NCBI GenBank assembly: GCA_017639935.1
Contig: JAGFWP010000018.1
Coordinates: 1 to 60,688, forward strand
Origin: Pelagibacteraceae bacterium
Lineage (GTDB): Bacteria; Pseudomonadota; Alphaproteobacteria; HIMB59; GCA-002718135
Direction: 5' to 3'
DNA: 60,688 nt
In this document: piece after piece, positions 27,085-35,666 of the stretch
Position numbering within the stretch: position 1 is the stretch's first letter
Layout of the letters: the number at the start of each line of letters is the position of its first letter
Program-made: the position numbers and the translations under genes
Notes under the pieces: model-generated
Databases searched by the model: none
Seen by the model: only the letters and a program-made list of their open reading frames with translations
Told to the model about the DNA's origin: nothing

Positions 27085-29830
27085 AGAAAAAATATTTTTT
27101 TTCATAGATAATAAAAAAGTTTCAGCGGATCCTAATGAAACAATTTGGCAAGTAGCCAAAAGGCAGGAAATTGAAATTCCTCATTTGTGCTACTCACCAA
27201 AACCAAATTATCGTCCTGACGGCAATTGCCGCGTTTGTGTGGTGGAGGTAGAAGGCGAAAGTATACTTGCAGCATCTTGTTTTAGAAAGCCTACTGATGG
27301 TATGAAAGTTTTTACTTCAAGTGAAAGAGTAAAAGAATCAAGAAAGCTTATATTTGAATTATTGTTATCTGATCAACCCAAGCGTGAAATCTCTCATGAT
27401 AAAAATTCACAATTTTGGAATTGGATAGAAAAAATTCAGTTAAAAGATAATAGATTTCCTTCCAAAACCTCGTGTGATCCTGATGTATCTCATCCTTCAA
27501 TGTCAGTTAATTTGGATGCATGCATCCAATGCAATCTTTGTGTACGAGCATGTCGAGAGGTTCAAGTAAATGATGTTATTGGCATGGCCTACAGAGGGGA
27601 AAGTTCTAAGATAGTTTTTGATTTTGATGACCCAATGGGTGACAGTTCATGTGTTGCTTGTGGAGAATGTGTTCAAGTATGTCCAACAGGAGCTCTTATG
27701 CCATCATCAGTCGTAGATGAAGATGGATATGGACATACAGACATTGAAGAAAAAGTTGAGAGTGTCTGCCCTTATTGCGGGGTAGGTTGTCAAATTGAGT
27801 ATAATATAAATAAAAACAAAATTGCATTTGTTAATGGCACTAATGGACCTGCTAATAAAAATAGATTGTGTGTTAAGGGTCGGTTTGGTTTTGATTATGT
27901 AACTCATCCTGAAAGATTAATTAAACCCTTAATAAGAATAAAGGGTAAAAAGAAAGACTTGCATCCAGTTATTAATTTTTCAAATATACATGAATATTTT
28001 AGAGAAACTTCTTGGGAAGAAGCGCTGTCTTTTGCTTCTGAAGGTTTATTAAAACTTCGAGATACAAAAAAATCTTCAAGTAATTTAGCAGGGTTTGGTT
28101 CAGCTAAATGTTCGAACGAGGAAGCATATTTATTCCAAAAATTTATTAGAACAGGTTTGAAAACTAATAACGTTGATCATTGCACAAGATTGTGCCACGC
28201 ATCTTCCGTTGCTGCACTTTTAGAAACAATAGGATCTGGCGCAGTTACCGCACCATTTTATGAAGTTGAACATTCTGAAGTAATTATTGTAATAGGAGCA
28301 AATCCAACAGAAAATCATCCTGTAGCTGCAACATTTTTTAAAAATGCTGTAAAAAAAGGATCAAAATTGATTGTAATGGATCCGCGCGGACAAGCATTAA
28401 GAAAACATGCTACTCATATGCTTCAATTCAAACCAGGGTCTGACGTTGCTTTATTAAATTCAATAATGCATGTTATTATAGAAGAAAATTTATTTAATGA
28501 TAATTATATAATACATCACACATTAGGTTTTGAAAATTTCAAAAATCACTTGAAAGATTTTAATCCTGAAAAAATGAAAAAGATCAGCGGAATTGAACCT
28601 GAAATCATAAAAGATGTTGCGAGGCTTTTTGCGAAAACTAATAAAGGAATTATTTTTTGGGGAATGGGGATTTCTCAGCATATTCACGGCACAGACAATG
28701 CTAGGTGCTTAATTTCTTTAGCTTTAATGACAGGCAATGTAGGAAAGAGAGGTTCAGGACTACACCCTTTGCGAGGTCAGAACAATGTTCAAGGAGCTTC
28801 TGATGCAGGATTAATTCCAATGATGTATCCTGACTATAAATTAGTTGACGAAGATAAGAATAAAAAATTTTATGAAGAATTCTGGAAAACAAACTTAGAT
28901 CCTAACAAGGGCTTAACGGTGGTTGAAATTATGAATGCAATAAATGATAATCAAGTCAAAGGAATGTACATTATGGGCGAAAACCCAGCAATGTCTGATC
29001 CTGATTTAAATCATGCAAGAGCTGCATTACAAAAATTAGACCATCTTATTGTACAAGATATTTTTTTAACAGAAACTGCTACGTATGCAGATGTGATTCT
29101 TCCAGCTTCTGCTTGGCCTGAAAAAAATGGAACAGTAACTAACTCTAATCGACAAATTCAAATGGGACGTAAAGCTCTTATGTCTCCAGGGGAAGCAAAA
29201 GAAGATTGGTGGATTACAAATGAGATTGGAAAAAGAATTGGTTTAGATTGGAATTATAATCATCCAAAAGATATTTTTAATGAAATGAAGGAAGCAATGC
29301 CGTCTTTAAACAATATTTCTTGGAAAAGACTAGAAAAAGAAAGTTCAGTAACCTATCCTTGTAATTCTCCTAACTCAAAAGGAGAGGAAATAGTTTTTGG
29401 AGATAAATTTCCAACAAATAATGGAAAAGGAAAGTTTGTATTTGCAAGAGTTATTCCTCCAGATGAGGTGCCTGATGATAAGTTTCCAATGATTCTTACA
29501 ACCGGCAGACAATTAGAACATTGGCATACTGGAGCTATGAGTCGAAAAGCTTCAAATCTCGATGCTATAGAGCCTGAAGCTTCAGCATCTTTATCTCCCA
29601 GCGATATTCTTAGAAAAAAAATTCAACCAGGAGAAATGATTAAGGTTTCTACAAAAAGAGGTTCAATTAATATTAGAGTTCGTGAAGATCGTGCTATTCC
29701 AGAAGGCGTTATATTTATTCCTTTTTGTTATAATGAAGCAGCAGCAAATCTTCTTACTAACCCTGCGCTGGATCCTTTTGGGAAAATTCCTGAATTTAAG
29801 TATTGTGCAGCTAAAATTCAACAATTATAA
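27077..29830 (+). CDS. fdsA: NAD-dependent formate dehydrogenase alpha subunit (molybdo/tungsto-pterin, Cys type)
   Basis: The ATG at 27077 (MNKEKIFFF) overlaps the fdsB stop (ATGAATAA). N-terminal 2Fe-2S and several 4Fe-4S motifs come first, then a bis-MGD domain with TRLCHASS (Cys ligand, no in-frame TGA). Confidence 0.95.
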   Translation: MNKEKIFFFIDNKKVSADPNETIWQVAKRQEIEIPHLCYSPKPNYRPDGNCRVCVVEVEGESILAASCFRKPTDGMKVFTSSERVKESRKLIFELLLSDQPKREISHDKNSQFWNWIEKIQLKDNRFPSKTSCDPDVSHPSMSVNLDACIQCNLCVRACREVQVNDVIGMAYRGESSKIVFDFDDPMGDSSCVACGECVQVCPTGALMPSSVVDEDGYGHTDIEEKVESVCPYCGVGCQIEYNINKNKIAFVNGTNGPANKNRLCVKGRFGFDYVTHPERLIKPLIRIKGKKKDLHPVINFSNIHEYFRETSWEEALSFASEGLLKLRDTKKSSSNLAGFGSAKCSNEEAYLFQKFIRTGLKTNNVDHCTRLCHASSVAALLETIGSGAVTAPFYEVEHSEVIIVIGANPTENHPVAATFFKNAVKKGSKLIVMDPRGQALRKHATHMLQFKPGSDVALLNSIMHVIIEENLFNDNYIIHHTLGFENFKNHLKDFNPEKMKKISGIEPEIIKDVARLFAKTNKGIIFWGMGISQHIHGTDNARCLISLALMTGNVGKRGSGLHPLRGQNNVQGASDAGLIPMMYPDYKLVDEDKNKKFYEEFWKTNLDPNKGLTVVEIMNAINDNQVKGMYIMGENPAMSDPDLNHARAALQKLDHLIVQDIFLTETATYADVILPASAWPEKNGTVTNSNRQIQMGRKALMSPGEAKEDWWITNEIGKRIGLDWNYNHPKDIFNEMKEAMPSLNNISWKRLEKESSVTYPCNSPNSKGEEIVFGDKFPTNNGKGKFVFARVIPPDEVPDDKFPMILTTGRQLEHWHTGAMSRKASNLDAIEPEASASLSPSDILRKKIQPGEMIKVSTKRGSINIRVREDRAIPEGVIFIPFCYNEAAANLLTNPALDPFGKIPEFKYCAAKIQQL

Positions 29831-29837
29831 TTTATTA

Positions 29838-29957
29838 ATGATTAATAAACTTTTGATAATTCTTCTTTTGAGTTTTTCTCTTGTTAATTGTTCTTCTGTA
29901 AGTGAATGGAATGAAAAAGCAAAAGGAGATGGCGTGCCGTATATTCCAGGAATTTAA
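29838..29957 (+). CDS. possible 39-aa lipoprotein
   Basis: MINKLLIILLLSFSLVNCSS... has a signal peptide with a lipobox-like LVNC. Asn at position -1 is atypical. It is very short, so the call is weak. Confidence 0.3.
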   Translation: MINKLLIILLLSFSLVNCSSVSEWNEKAKGDGVPYIPGI

Positions 29958-30013
29958 TTCTATTTATCAATAATTCTTGTGGAATAAATAAAAGAATTGT
30001 AAATGGGTTTTGT

Positions 30014-30089
<76 letters not shown>

Positions 30090-30108
30090 TTTGTCAATAT
30101 ATAAATAA

Positions 30109-30879
30109 TTAATTATTTTTTTTGAAATGTTCGTATAAAGCTATTGAACATGCATTTGATATGTTTAAACTATCAATCTGAAAAATTAGATTTGGATTCA
30201 TTGGTATAGAAATTATCCTATCACATTCTTTTTTTGTAAGCTTACGCAAACCTTTGCCTTCAGCACCTAGAATCAATAAACATTTATTAGGTATTTCAAA
30301 GTTGTTATCTAAGTGATTATTATTGATATCAAGACCACAGACCCAGAAATTATTTTTCTTAAATTTTCTAATCGCATTAGATAAATTCGTAACTTTAACG
30401 TAATTAACAACTTCTAAAGCTCCCGAAGCAGCTTTAGCAATTGATGGAGTAATATCAGGGGCATTATCTTTTGATACAATAACTGTTTTACAATTAAAAA
30501 GTATACATGATCGCATTATAGAACCTATATTGTTTGGATCAGTAACTTGATCAAGCATAACCACGATTTTAATTTTTTTGTTTCTTGATTCATCTAATAT
30601 CACATTGAGATCAGGCTGGATTAAACTTGAAGTTGTGAGAACTATTCCTTGATGTGTATTCTCACCACCATATAATTTAAACATTTCTTTATTAGACAAA
30701 ACTAGTATTTCTTTTACATTTTGTATAATTTTTCTAGTAATTATGCTTTTATGAGTTTGAGAAATTGCTAGTTTTTGATGTTTTCTGTTATTATTGTTAA
30801 GCGCTGCAATAACCGAATGAAATCCATAGATTTCAGTGATTCCGCTATTTTTTGTCTTTTTTTGTTTAAAAAATTTCAT
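30109..30879 (-). CDS. rlmB: SpoU/TrmH-family RNA 2'-O-methyltransferase, RlmB-like
   Basis: 256 aa with an N-terminal substrate-binding domain and C-terminal SPOUT motifs (DQVTDPNNIGSIMRS, LILGAEGKGL, IPM...DSLNISNA). Confidence 0.8.
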   Translation of the reverse strand: MKFFKQKKTKNSGITEIYGFHSVIAALNNNNRKHQKLAISQTHKSIITRKIIQNVKEILVLSNKEMFKLYGGENTHQGIVLTTSSLIQPDLNVILDESRNKKIKIVVMLDQVTDPNNIGSIMRSCILFNCKTVIVSKDNAPDITPSIAKAASGALEVVNYVKVTNLSNAIRKFKKNNFWVCGLDINNNHLDNNFEIPNKCLLILGAEGKGLRKLTKKECDRIISIPMNPNLIFQIDSLNISNACSIALYEHFKKNN

Positions 30880-31009
30880 GAAGACTATTTTATCATATTT
30901 ACTTAATCAATTATTATAATCTAGATCTATACAAATTAACAAAATTTGTCTAAAAGGTCAGCGCTTTTAAGAACATATTGTACATTGCGTTTGCGGAGGC
31001 TGTTTTAGA

Positions 31010-31038
31010 TTGACAATCATACTGATTACTTAGTATGT
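31010..31038 (+). promoter_or_regulatory. candidate promoter of the tRNA-Tyr/tRNA-Gly/tuf unit (TTGACA-N17-GTATGT)
   Basis: A perfect -35 TTGACA is at 31010-31015. A -10-like GTATGT is at 31033-31038 (or TAGTAT at 31031-31036), about 20 nt upstream of tRNA-Tyr. Confidence 0.35.
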
Positions 31039-31057
31039 GCCATTTTCTTCATTTTAT

Positions 31058-31143
31058 GGAGGGGTGGTCGAGTGGTTAAAGGCAGCGGACTGTAAATCCG
31101 CCCGCGTGAGCGTACGTAGGTTCAAATCCTACCCCCTCCACCA
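31058..31143 (+). tRNA. tRNA-Tyr (anticodon GUA), long variable arm
   Basis: 86 nt: GGAGGGG...CCCCTCC acceptor, anticodon loop CTGTAAA, variable stem-loop, T-loop TTCAAAT, CCA encoded. It is closely parallel to E. coli tRNA-Tyr. Confidence 0.93.
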
Positions 31144-31192
31144 TAATTTGGAGGAATGGAAGAAAGCGATGAGTGAGTGAGTCAGTAAAAGT

Positions 31193-31266
31193 GCGGGTGT
31201 AGCTTAGTGGTAAAGCTCCAGCCTTCCAAGCTGGCTACGAGGGTTCGATTCCCTTCACCCGCTCCA
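31193..31266 (+). tRNA. tRNA-Gly (anticodon UCC)
   Basis: 74 nt: acceptor GCGGGTG/CACCCGC, anticodon loop CTTCCAA, T-loop TTCGATT, CCA encoded. Confidence 0.93.
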
Positions 31267-31298
31267 AAAAAGAATTTTAATTATTGGGGTAATATAAA

Positions 31299-32489
31299 AT
31301 GGCTAAAGCAAAATTTGAAAGAACAAAACCGCATTGTAATATTGGTACAATTGGACATGTGGATCATGGTAAAACAACTTTAACAGCAGCTATCACGAAA
31401 GTTTTGGCTGAAACAGGCGGGGCTGAATTCACGGCATTTGATCAGATTGATAAAGCACCCGAGGAAAAAGAAAGAGGAATTACAATTGCTACGGCTCACG
31501 TTGAGTATGAAACTGAGAAAAGACATTACGCACACGTAGATTGCCCTGGTCACGCAGATTATGTAAAGAACATGATCACTGGAGCTGCGCAAATGGATGG
31601 AGCTATTTTAGTTGTTAATGCCGCAGATGGACCAATGCCACAAACTAGAGAGCATATTCTTCTTGCGAGACAAGTTGGTGTTCCAGCTCTTGTTGTCTAC
31701 TTGAACAAAATAGATCAAGTTGACGATAAAGAATTAATTGATCTTGTTGAAATGGAATTAAGAGAATTACTTACTAAATATGAATTCCCTGGTGATAAAA
31801 CCCCAATCATCAAAGGATCAGCTTTAGCAGCTATGGAGGGCAAAAATGAAGAGGTTGGAAAAAATTCTATTTTAGAATTATTGAAAGCAGTTGATGAACA
31901 TATACCTCAGCCTGATAGGCCAAAAGACAAACCTTTTATAATGCCAGTTGAGGATGTTTTTTCAATATCTGGAAGAGGAACAGTCGTTACCGGACGTATT
32001 GAGCAAGGAGTGGTAAAAGTTGGTGAAGAGATAGAAATTCTTGGAATTAGAGAAGTACAAAAAACAGTTTGCACTGGTGTTGAAATGTTTAGAAAAATAT
32101 TAGACTCAGGAGAAGCTGGTGATAATGTAGGTGTTTTGCTCAGAGGAACGAAAAGAGAAGAAGTTGAAAGAGGACAGGTACTTGCTAAACCGGGATCAAT
32201 AAAACCTCATACAAAGTTTAAAGTTGAATCTTATATTCTAAAAAAAGAAGAAGGTGGAAGACATACTCCTTTTTTCTCAAACTATAGACCCCAGTTTTAT
32301 TTCAGAACTACTGATGTAACTGGGACTATTAAATTGCCAGAAGGAACAGAAATGGTAATGCCCGGAGACAATATTACTATGGAAGTTTCTTTGCTTGCTC
32401 CAATTGCAATGGATAAAGGACTTAAGTTTGCAATTCGCGAAGGCGGAAAAACAGTTGGAGCTGGAGTAGTTACTGAAATTTCTGAATAG
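31299..32489 (+). CDS. tuf: elongation factor Tu
   Basis: 396 aa with [18 protein letters not shown], and NKID motifs. Confidence 0.99.
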   Translation: MAKAKFERTKPHCNIGTIGHVDHGKTTLTAAITKVLAETGGAEFTAFDQIDKAPEEKERGITIATAHVEYETEKRHYAHVDCPGHADYVKNMITGAAQMDGAILVVNAADGPMPQTREHILLARQVGVPALVVYLNKIDQVDDKELIDLVEMELRELLTKYEFPGDKTPIIKGSALAAMEGKNEEVGKNSILELLKAVDEHIPQPDRPKDKPFIMPVEDVFSISGRGTVVTGRIEQGVVKVGEEIEILGIREVQKTVCTGVEMFRKILDSGEAGDNVGVLLRGTKREEVERGQVLAKPGSIKPHTKFKVESYILKKEEGGRHTPFFSNYRPQFYFRTTDVTGTIKLPEGTEMVMPGDNITMEVSLLAPIAMDKGLKFAIREGGKTVGAGVVTEISE

Positions 32490-32529
32490 TTTCAGGGATC
32501 GCTCTAAAATGGTTTTGCAACTCTCAGAT

Positions 32530-32605
32530 AGGAGTGTAGCTCAACTGGTAGAGCACCGGTCTCCAAAACCGGGGGCTGCGGGTTCAAGTCCTGCCACTCC
32601 TGCCA
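32530..32605 (+). tRNA. tRNA-Trp (anticodon CCA)
   Basis: 76 nt: acceptor AGGAGTG/CACTCCT, anticodon loop CTCCAAA, T-loop TTCAAGT, CCA encoded. It occupies the conserved position between tuf and secE. Confidence 0.93.
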
Positions 32606-32621
32606 TAATTAGAGTGATATA

Positions 32622-32837
32622 ATGAATGTAGAAAAGAAAAAAACAAACCCAGCCCAGTTTGTAAGACAAGTTCGTCAGGAAATGCAAAAAGTTACATGGC
32701 CAGAAAAAAAAGATACTTTTATTTCTTCAGCGATTGTTATTGTTTTAGTAATTCTTTTCTCTTTGTTTTTTTTAGTTACTGATCAAATTTGGTCCAAAGG
32801 TTTACGATGGATTATTGAAAAAGGTTCAGGATTTTAA
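32622..32837 (+). CDS. secE: preprotein translocase subunit SecE
   Basis: 71 aa with a single C-terminal TM helix and the motif EMQKVTWP, upstream of nusG. Confidence 0.9.
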   Translation: MNVEKKKTNPAQFVRQVRQEMQKVTWPEKKDTFISSAIVIVLVILFSLFFLVTDQIWSKGLRWIIEKGSGF

Positions 32838-33371
32838 ATGAGTAAAAATCGCTGGTATGTTTTACACGCTTATTCAGGCTATGAAAAAAAAGTTGCTGAT
32901 AGCATTCTTGAACAAGCCAACAAACTGGGTATATCAGAACACATAGAAGAAGTGTCTGTTCCTACACAACATATTGTTGAAGTTAAAAGAGGTGTGAGAA
33001 TAAATTCAGAAAGAAAAATTTTTCCTGGATATATTCTAATAAAAATGAATCTTAATGAAGATACTTGGCATATTATAAAAAATACTCCTAAATTGAGTGG
33101 ATTTTTAGGCACTAAAGGCAAACCTATTCCTATTAGTAATGATGAAGCAAAAAGAATTTCTCAACAGGTAACTGATGGCGTTGAAAAATCTATACCATCA
33201 GTTATGTATGATGTTGGTGAGCAGGTCAAAGTTATTGATGGTCCATTTGCCTCATTCAACGGAGAAATTGAACAAATTGACGAAGAAAAAGCTAGATTAA
33301 GGGTGGCAGTTTCTATATTTGGTAGATCAACTCCAGTCGACCTTGAATATTCACAAGTAGAAAAAACATAA
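32838..33371 (+). CDS. nusG: transcription termination/antitermination factor NusG
   Basis: 177 aa with NGN ([14 protein letters not shown]) and KOW domains. Confidence 0.97.
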   Translation: MSKNRWYVLHAYSGYEKKVADSILEQANKLGISEHIEEVSVPTQHIVEVKRGVRINSERKIFPGYILIKMNLNEDTWHIIKNTPKLSGFLGTKGKPIPISNDEAKRISQQVTDGVEKSIPSVMYDVGEQVKVIDGPFASFNGEIEQIDEEKARLRVAVSIFGRSTPVDLEYSQVEKT

Positions 33372-33379
33372 CTAACAAT

Positions 33380-33808
33380 ATGGCTAAAGAAGTTTTAGAA
33401 ATGATTAAACTACTTATTCCCGCAGGTGGAGCCATTCAAGGACCACCCGTTGGACCCGCTTTAGGCCAAAGAGGATTAAACATTGGCGAATTTGTAAAAC
33501 AATTCAATGATAGAACAAAAAATTTAGAAAAAAATGCTCCAATTCCAGTTTTGATAACTGCTTACAAGGATAGGACTTTTAAATTTGTTACAAACCTACC
33601 TCCAGTCAGTCATTATTTAAAAAAAGCTGCCAAAATAGATAAAGGGAGCTCAACTCCTGGCAGGGAGTTAGTTGGCAAAGTAACCATAAAAGATGTTGAG
33701 AAAATTGCTAAAGTAAAAATGATAGATCTTAATGCTATTAATTTAGAAGGAGCGGTAAGTATGGTTAAAGGTTCAGCTGTATCAATGGGAATGGAGATTA
33801 TAAATTAA
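33380..33808 (+). CDS. rplK: 50S ribosomal protein L11
   Basis: 142 aa with [21 protein letters not shown]. Confidence 0.98.
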   Translation: MAKEVLEMIKLLIPAGGAIQGPPVGPALGQRGLNIGEFVKQFNDRTKNLEKNAPIPVLITAYKDRTFKFVTNLPPVSHYLKKAAKIDKGSSTPGRELVGKVTIKDVEKIAKVKMIDLNAINLEGAVSMVKGSAVSMGMEIIN

Positions 33809-34503
33809 TGAAAAAGTTATCAAAAAACAGAAAAGAAAAAATATCAAACGTCGATTTTTCAAAAAACTATAATCCTGCTGAAGCAATTAAAATTTTAAAA
33901 GATAATATATTTGTTAAATTTGATGAAACGCTTGATATAGCAATTAATCTTGGAATAAATCCAGAAAAGACCGATCAAAATATTAAGGGAGTAATGAATT
34001 TGCCAAAAGGATCGGGTAAAAAAATTAGAATAGCTGTTATGACTAAAGATGACAAAACAAAAGAAGCAACGGAAGCAGGTGCAGACATTGTAGGCAATGA
34101 TGATTTAGTCCAGCAAATATCATCTGGTAAAATTAATTTTGATTTATTAATTGCTACACCAGATATGATGCCAGTTATTGGCAAGATAGGTAAAATATTA
34201 GGACCTAAAGGTTTGATGCCAAATCCAAAACTAGGAACAGTGACTCAAGATGTAGCTACCGCAGTAAAAAATGCTAAGTCGGGACAAATTAAATATAAAA
34301 ATGATAAGGCTGGTATTGTTCATGCGGGAATTGGCAAGTTGAATTTTAAAGAAGAAGATCTCCTTGAAAACTTAAAAGCTTTTTATGAATCAATTCATAG
34401 AAGCAAACCTGATACTGTTAAAGGATCTTTTATAAAAAAAGTTACCATAGCTTCAACTATGGGATTTGGGTTGAAAATTAATGCAGAAGATCTGCGTTCG
34501 TAA
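33808..34503 (+). CDS. rplA: 50S ribosomal protein L1
   Basis: 231 aa, conserved L1 sequence, in operon position after rplK. Confidence 0.98.
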   Translation: MKKLSKNRKEKISNVDFSKNYNPAEAIKILKDNIFVKFDETLDIAINLGINPEKTDQNIKGVMNLPKGSGKKIRIAVMTKDDKTKEATEAGADIVGNDDLVQQISSGKINFDLLIATPDMMPVIGKIGKILGPKGLMPNPKLGTVTQDVATAVKNAKSGQIKYKNDKAGIVHAGIGKLNFKEEDLLENLKAFYESIHRSKPDTVKGSFIKKVTIASTMGFGLKINAEDLRS

Positions 34504-34685
34504 ATAACTCAAACAGATAGTAGTTTTTTCTACTATCGCCTGTCAAAGACTGTAGGTGCTTCGGCTTAATAACCTACATAGACTGAAGCAAGTCATATGA
34601 TGTGCTTCTTGACAGGTTGTTGTTACCTTGATGGTCAAGTTAACAATAGCTAATAGGGGAAACCCTAAAAAAAACCGGAGTTAAA
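34504..34685 (+). promoter_or_regulatory. structured rplA-rplJ intergenic RNA, candidate L10 (rplJL) autoregulatory leader
   Basis: This 182-nt spacer contains several perfect helices. A hairpin pairs 34516-34523 with 34530-34537. A long-range helix pairs CCTGTCAA 34539-34546 with TTGACAGG 34609-34616 and encloses two hairpins: TGTAGGT/ACCTACA with a GC-UUCG-GC tip, and GAAGCA/TGCTTC. Then come hairpin 34620-34646 and a GNRA hairpin at 34654-34667. Confidence 0.5.
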
Positions 34686-35207
34686 GTGAAGCGTTCTGAT
34701 AAGAATAATTTTGTTCAAAACTTAAAAGAAGATTTAAACAATGCTTCTTCGGTTATTGTAGCTCATTATTCTGGTTTATCAGTAAAAGAAACTGATGATC
34801 TTAGAAAAACAATGAGAGATAATGGAGCAAAATTCAAAGTTACTAAGAACAGACTTACTAAACTCGCTTTGGCTGATACTCAATATGAGTCAATTACCGA
34901 TTTGTTCAATGGACCTACAGCAATTGCTTATTCTAATGATTCAATTGCGCCATCTAGGGTTGCCGTTGATTTTGAAAAAAAATACAAAAATTTTAAAATT
35001 ATTGGTGGATCATTTGAAGGTGAAAAAATTGATCAAAATAAAATAAATTTTTTAGCTACACTTCCATCACTAGATGGAATAAGAGGAAAATTAATTGGAT
35101 TAATATCTTCTCCAGCTCAAAAAATCGCTTCAGTTCTTCAAGAACCTGGAGCTCAATTGGCGCGATTGATGACTTCAAGAAGTGAAGAATTAGGAAAGTC
35201 CAACTAG
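34686..35207 (+). CDS. rplJ: 50S ribosomal protein L10
   Basis: 173 aa with a GTG start after GGAG. Conserved L10 sequence. Confidence 0.97.
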   Translation: MKRSDKNNFVQNLKEDLNNASSVIVAHYSGLSVKETDDLRKTMRDNGAKFKVTKNRLTKLALADTQYESITDLFNGPTAIAYSNDSIAPSRVAVDFEKKYKNFKIIGGSFEGEKIDQNKINFLATLPSLDGIRGKLIGLISSPAQKIASVLQEPGAQLARLMTSRSEELGKSN

Positions 35208-35228
35208 GTTTTATAAGGAGAAAACATA

Positions 35229-35603
35229 ATGGCTGATTTGAATAAAATTGTTGAAGATTTATCTTCTTTGTCAGTTATAGAGGCAGCTGAATTAAGCAAG
35301 TTGCTTGAAGAAAAATGGGGTGTATCTGCAGCAGCACCAGTTGCTGTTGGCGCTCCAGCTGCGAGTGGCAGTGATGATCCTGCTGAAGAAAAAAGTGAGT
35401 TTGATTTAGTGCTTACCGAAATTGGATCAAATAAAATTGCTGTTATTAAAGAAGTAAGAACAATAACTGGTCTGGGTCTTAAGGAAGCTAAAGATTTAGT
35501 TGAAGGTGCACCTAAACCTCTCAAGCAAGGTATTGCAAAAGCTGAAGCTGAAGAGATGAAAAAATCTCTTGAAGCAACAGGTGCAAAAGCAGAGTTAAAA
35601 TAA
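35229..35603 (+). CDS. rplL: 50S ribosomal protein L7/L12
   Basis: 124 aa with an Ala-rich hinge and the C-terminal domain [22 protein letters not shown]. Confidence 0.98.
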   Translation: MADLNKIVEDLSSLSVIEAAELSKLLEEKWGVSAAAPVAVGAPAASGSDDPAEEKSEFDLVLTEIGSNKIAVIKEVRTITGLGLKEAKDLVEGAPKPLKQGIAKAEAEEMKKSLEATGAKAELK

Positions 35604-35614
35604 AATTATAAAAA

Positions 35615-35642
35615 AACTCTCGATTATTTAATCGGGAGTTTT
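35615..35642 (+). terminator. hairpin plus short T-run between rplL and rpoB (attenuator-type terminator)
   Basis: AACTCTCGATT (35615-35625) pairs with AATCGGGAGTT (30-40): 11 bp with one G-U and an ATTT loop, running into TTTT. This is the position of the known partial terminator in the E. coli rplJL-rpoBC operon. Confidence 0.5.
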
Positions 35643-35666
35643 CAACTATTTACTTAAGAAAAAAAG

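Noticed and set aside
27077-29830. Possible selenocysteine (TGA recoding) plus a SECIS element in the formate dehydrogenase alpha subunit.
   Set aside because: The ORF is continuous, with Cys (TRLCHASS) at the catalytic position. No in-frame TGA is present.
29682-29837. The 5' two-thirds of the 91-aa track ORF overlapping the end of fdsA.
   Set aside because: It is out of frame inside the well-supported fdsA C-terminus. Only the part after the ATG at 29838, downstream of the fdsA stop, is considered, and even that only weakly.
29958-30013. The inverted repeat ATAATTCTT...AAGAATTGT between the mini-ORF and tRNA-Thr, as a terminator.
   Set aside because: It is an imperfect AT-rich stem with a 13-nt loop and no following T-run.
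31171-31182. A (GAGT)x3 micro-repeat in the tRNA-Tyr/tRNA-Gly spacer.
   Set aside because: It is only three units inside a 49-nt processing spacer, with no evidence of function or instability.
35204-35524. A 106-aa ORF antisense to rplL. There are many similar antisense or out-of-frame track ORFs: 721-945, 6299-6838, 11340-11965, 14047-14485, 14986-15219, 16854-17036, 17414-17993, 18048-19393, 23227-23439, 23832-24020, 24636-24851, 26288-26476, 27707-27907, 28701-28892, 31380-31592, 32879-33121, 33975-34184, 34822-35046, 36818-39097, 39967-42854, 44232-44474, 45801-46889, 48712-48909, 49452-49688, 51245-52543, 52848-53087, 54866-55048, 56259-56797 and 59868-60095.
   Set aside because: Each lies entirely within a strongly supported conserved gene on the other strand or in another frame. 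Their translations are low-complexity with no recognisable motifs. Such shadow ORFs are expected opposite long ORFs.
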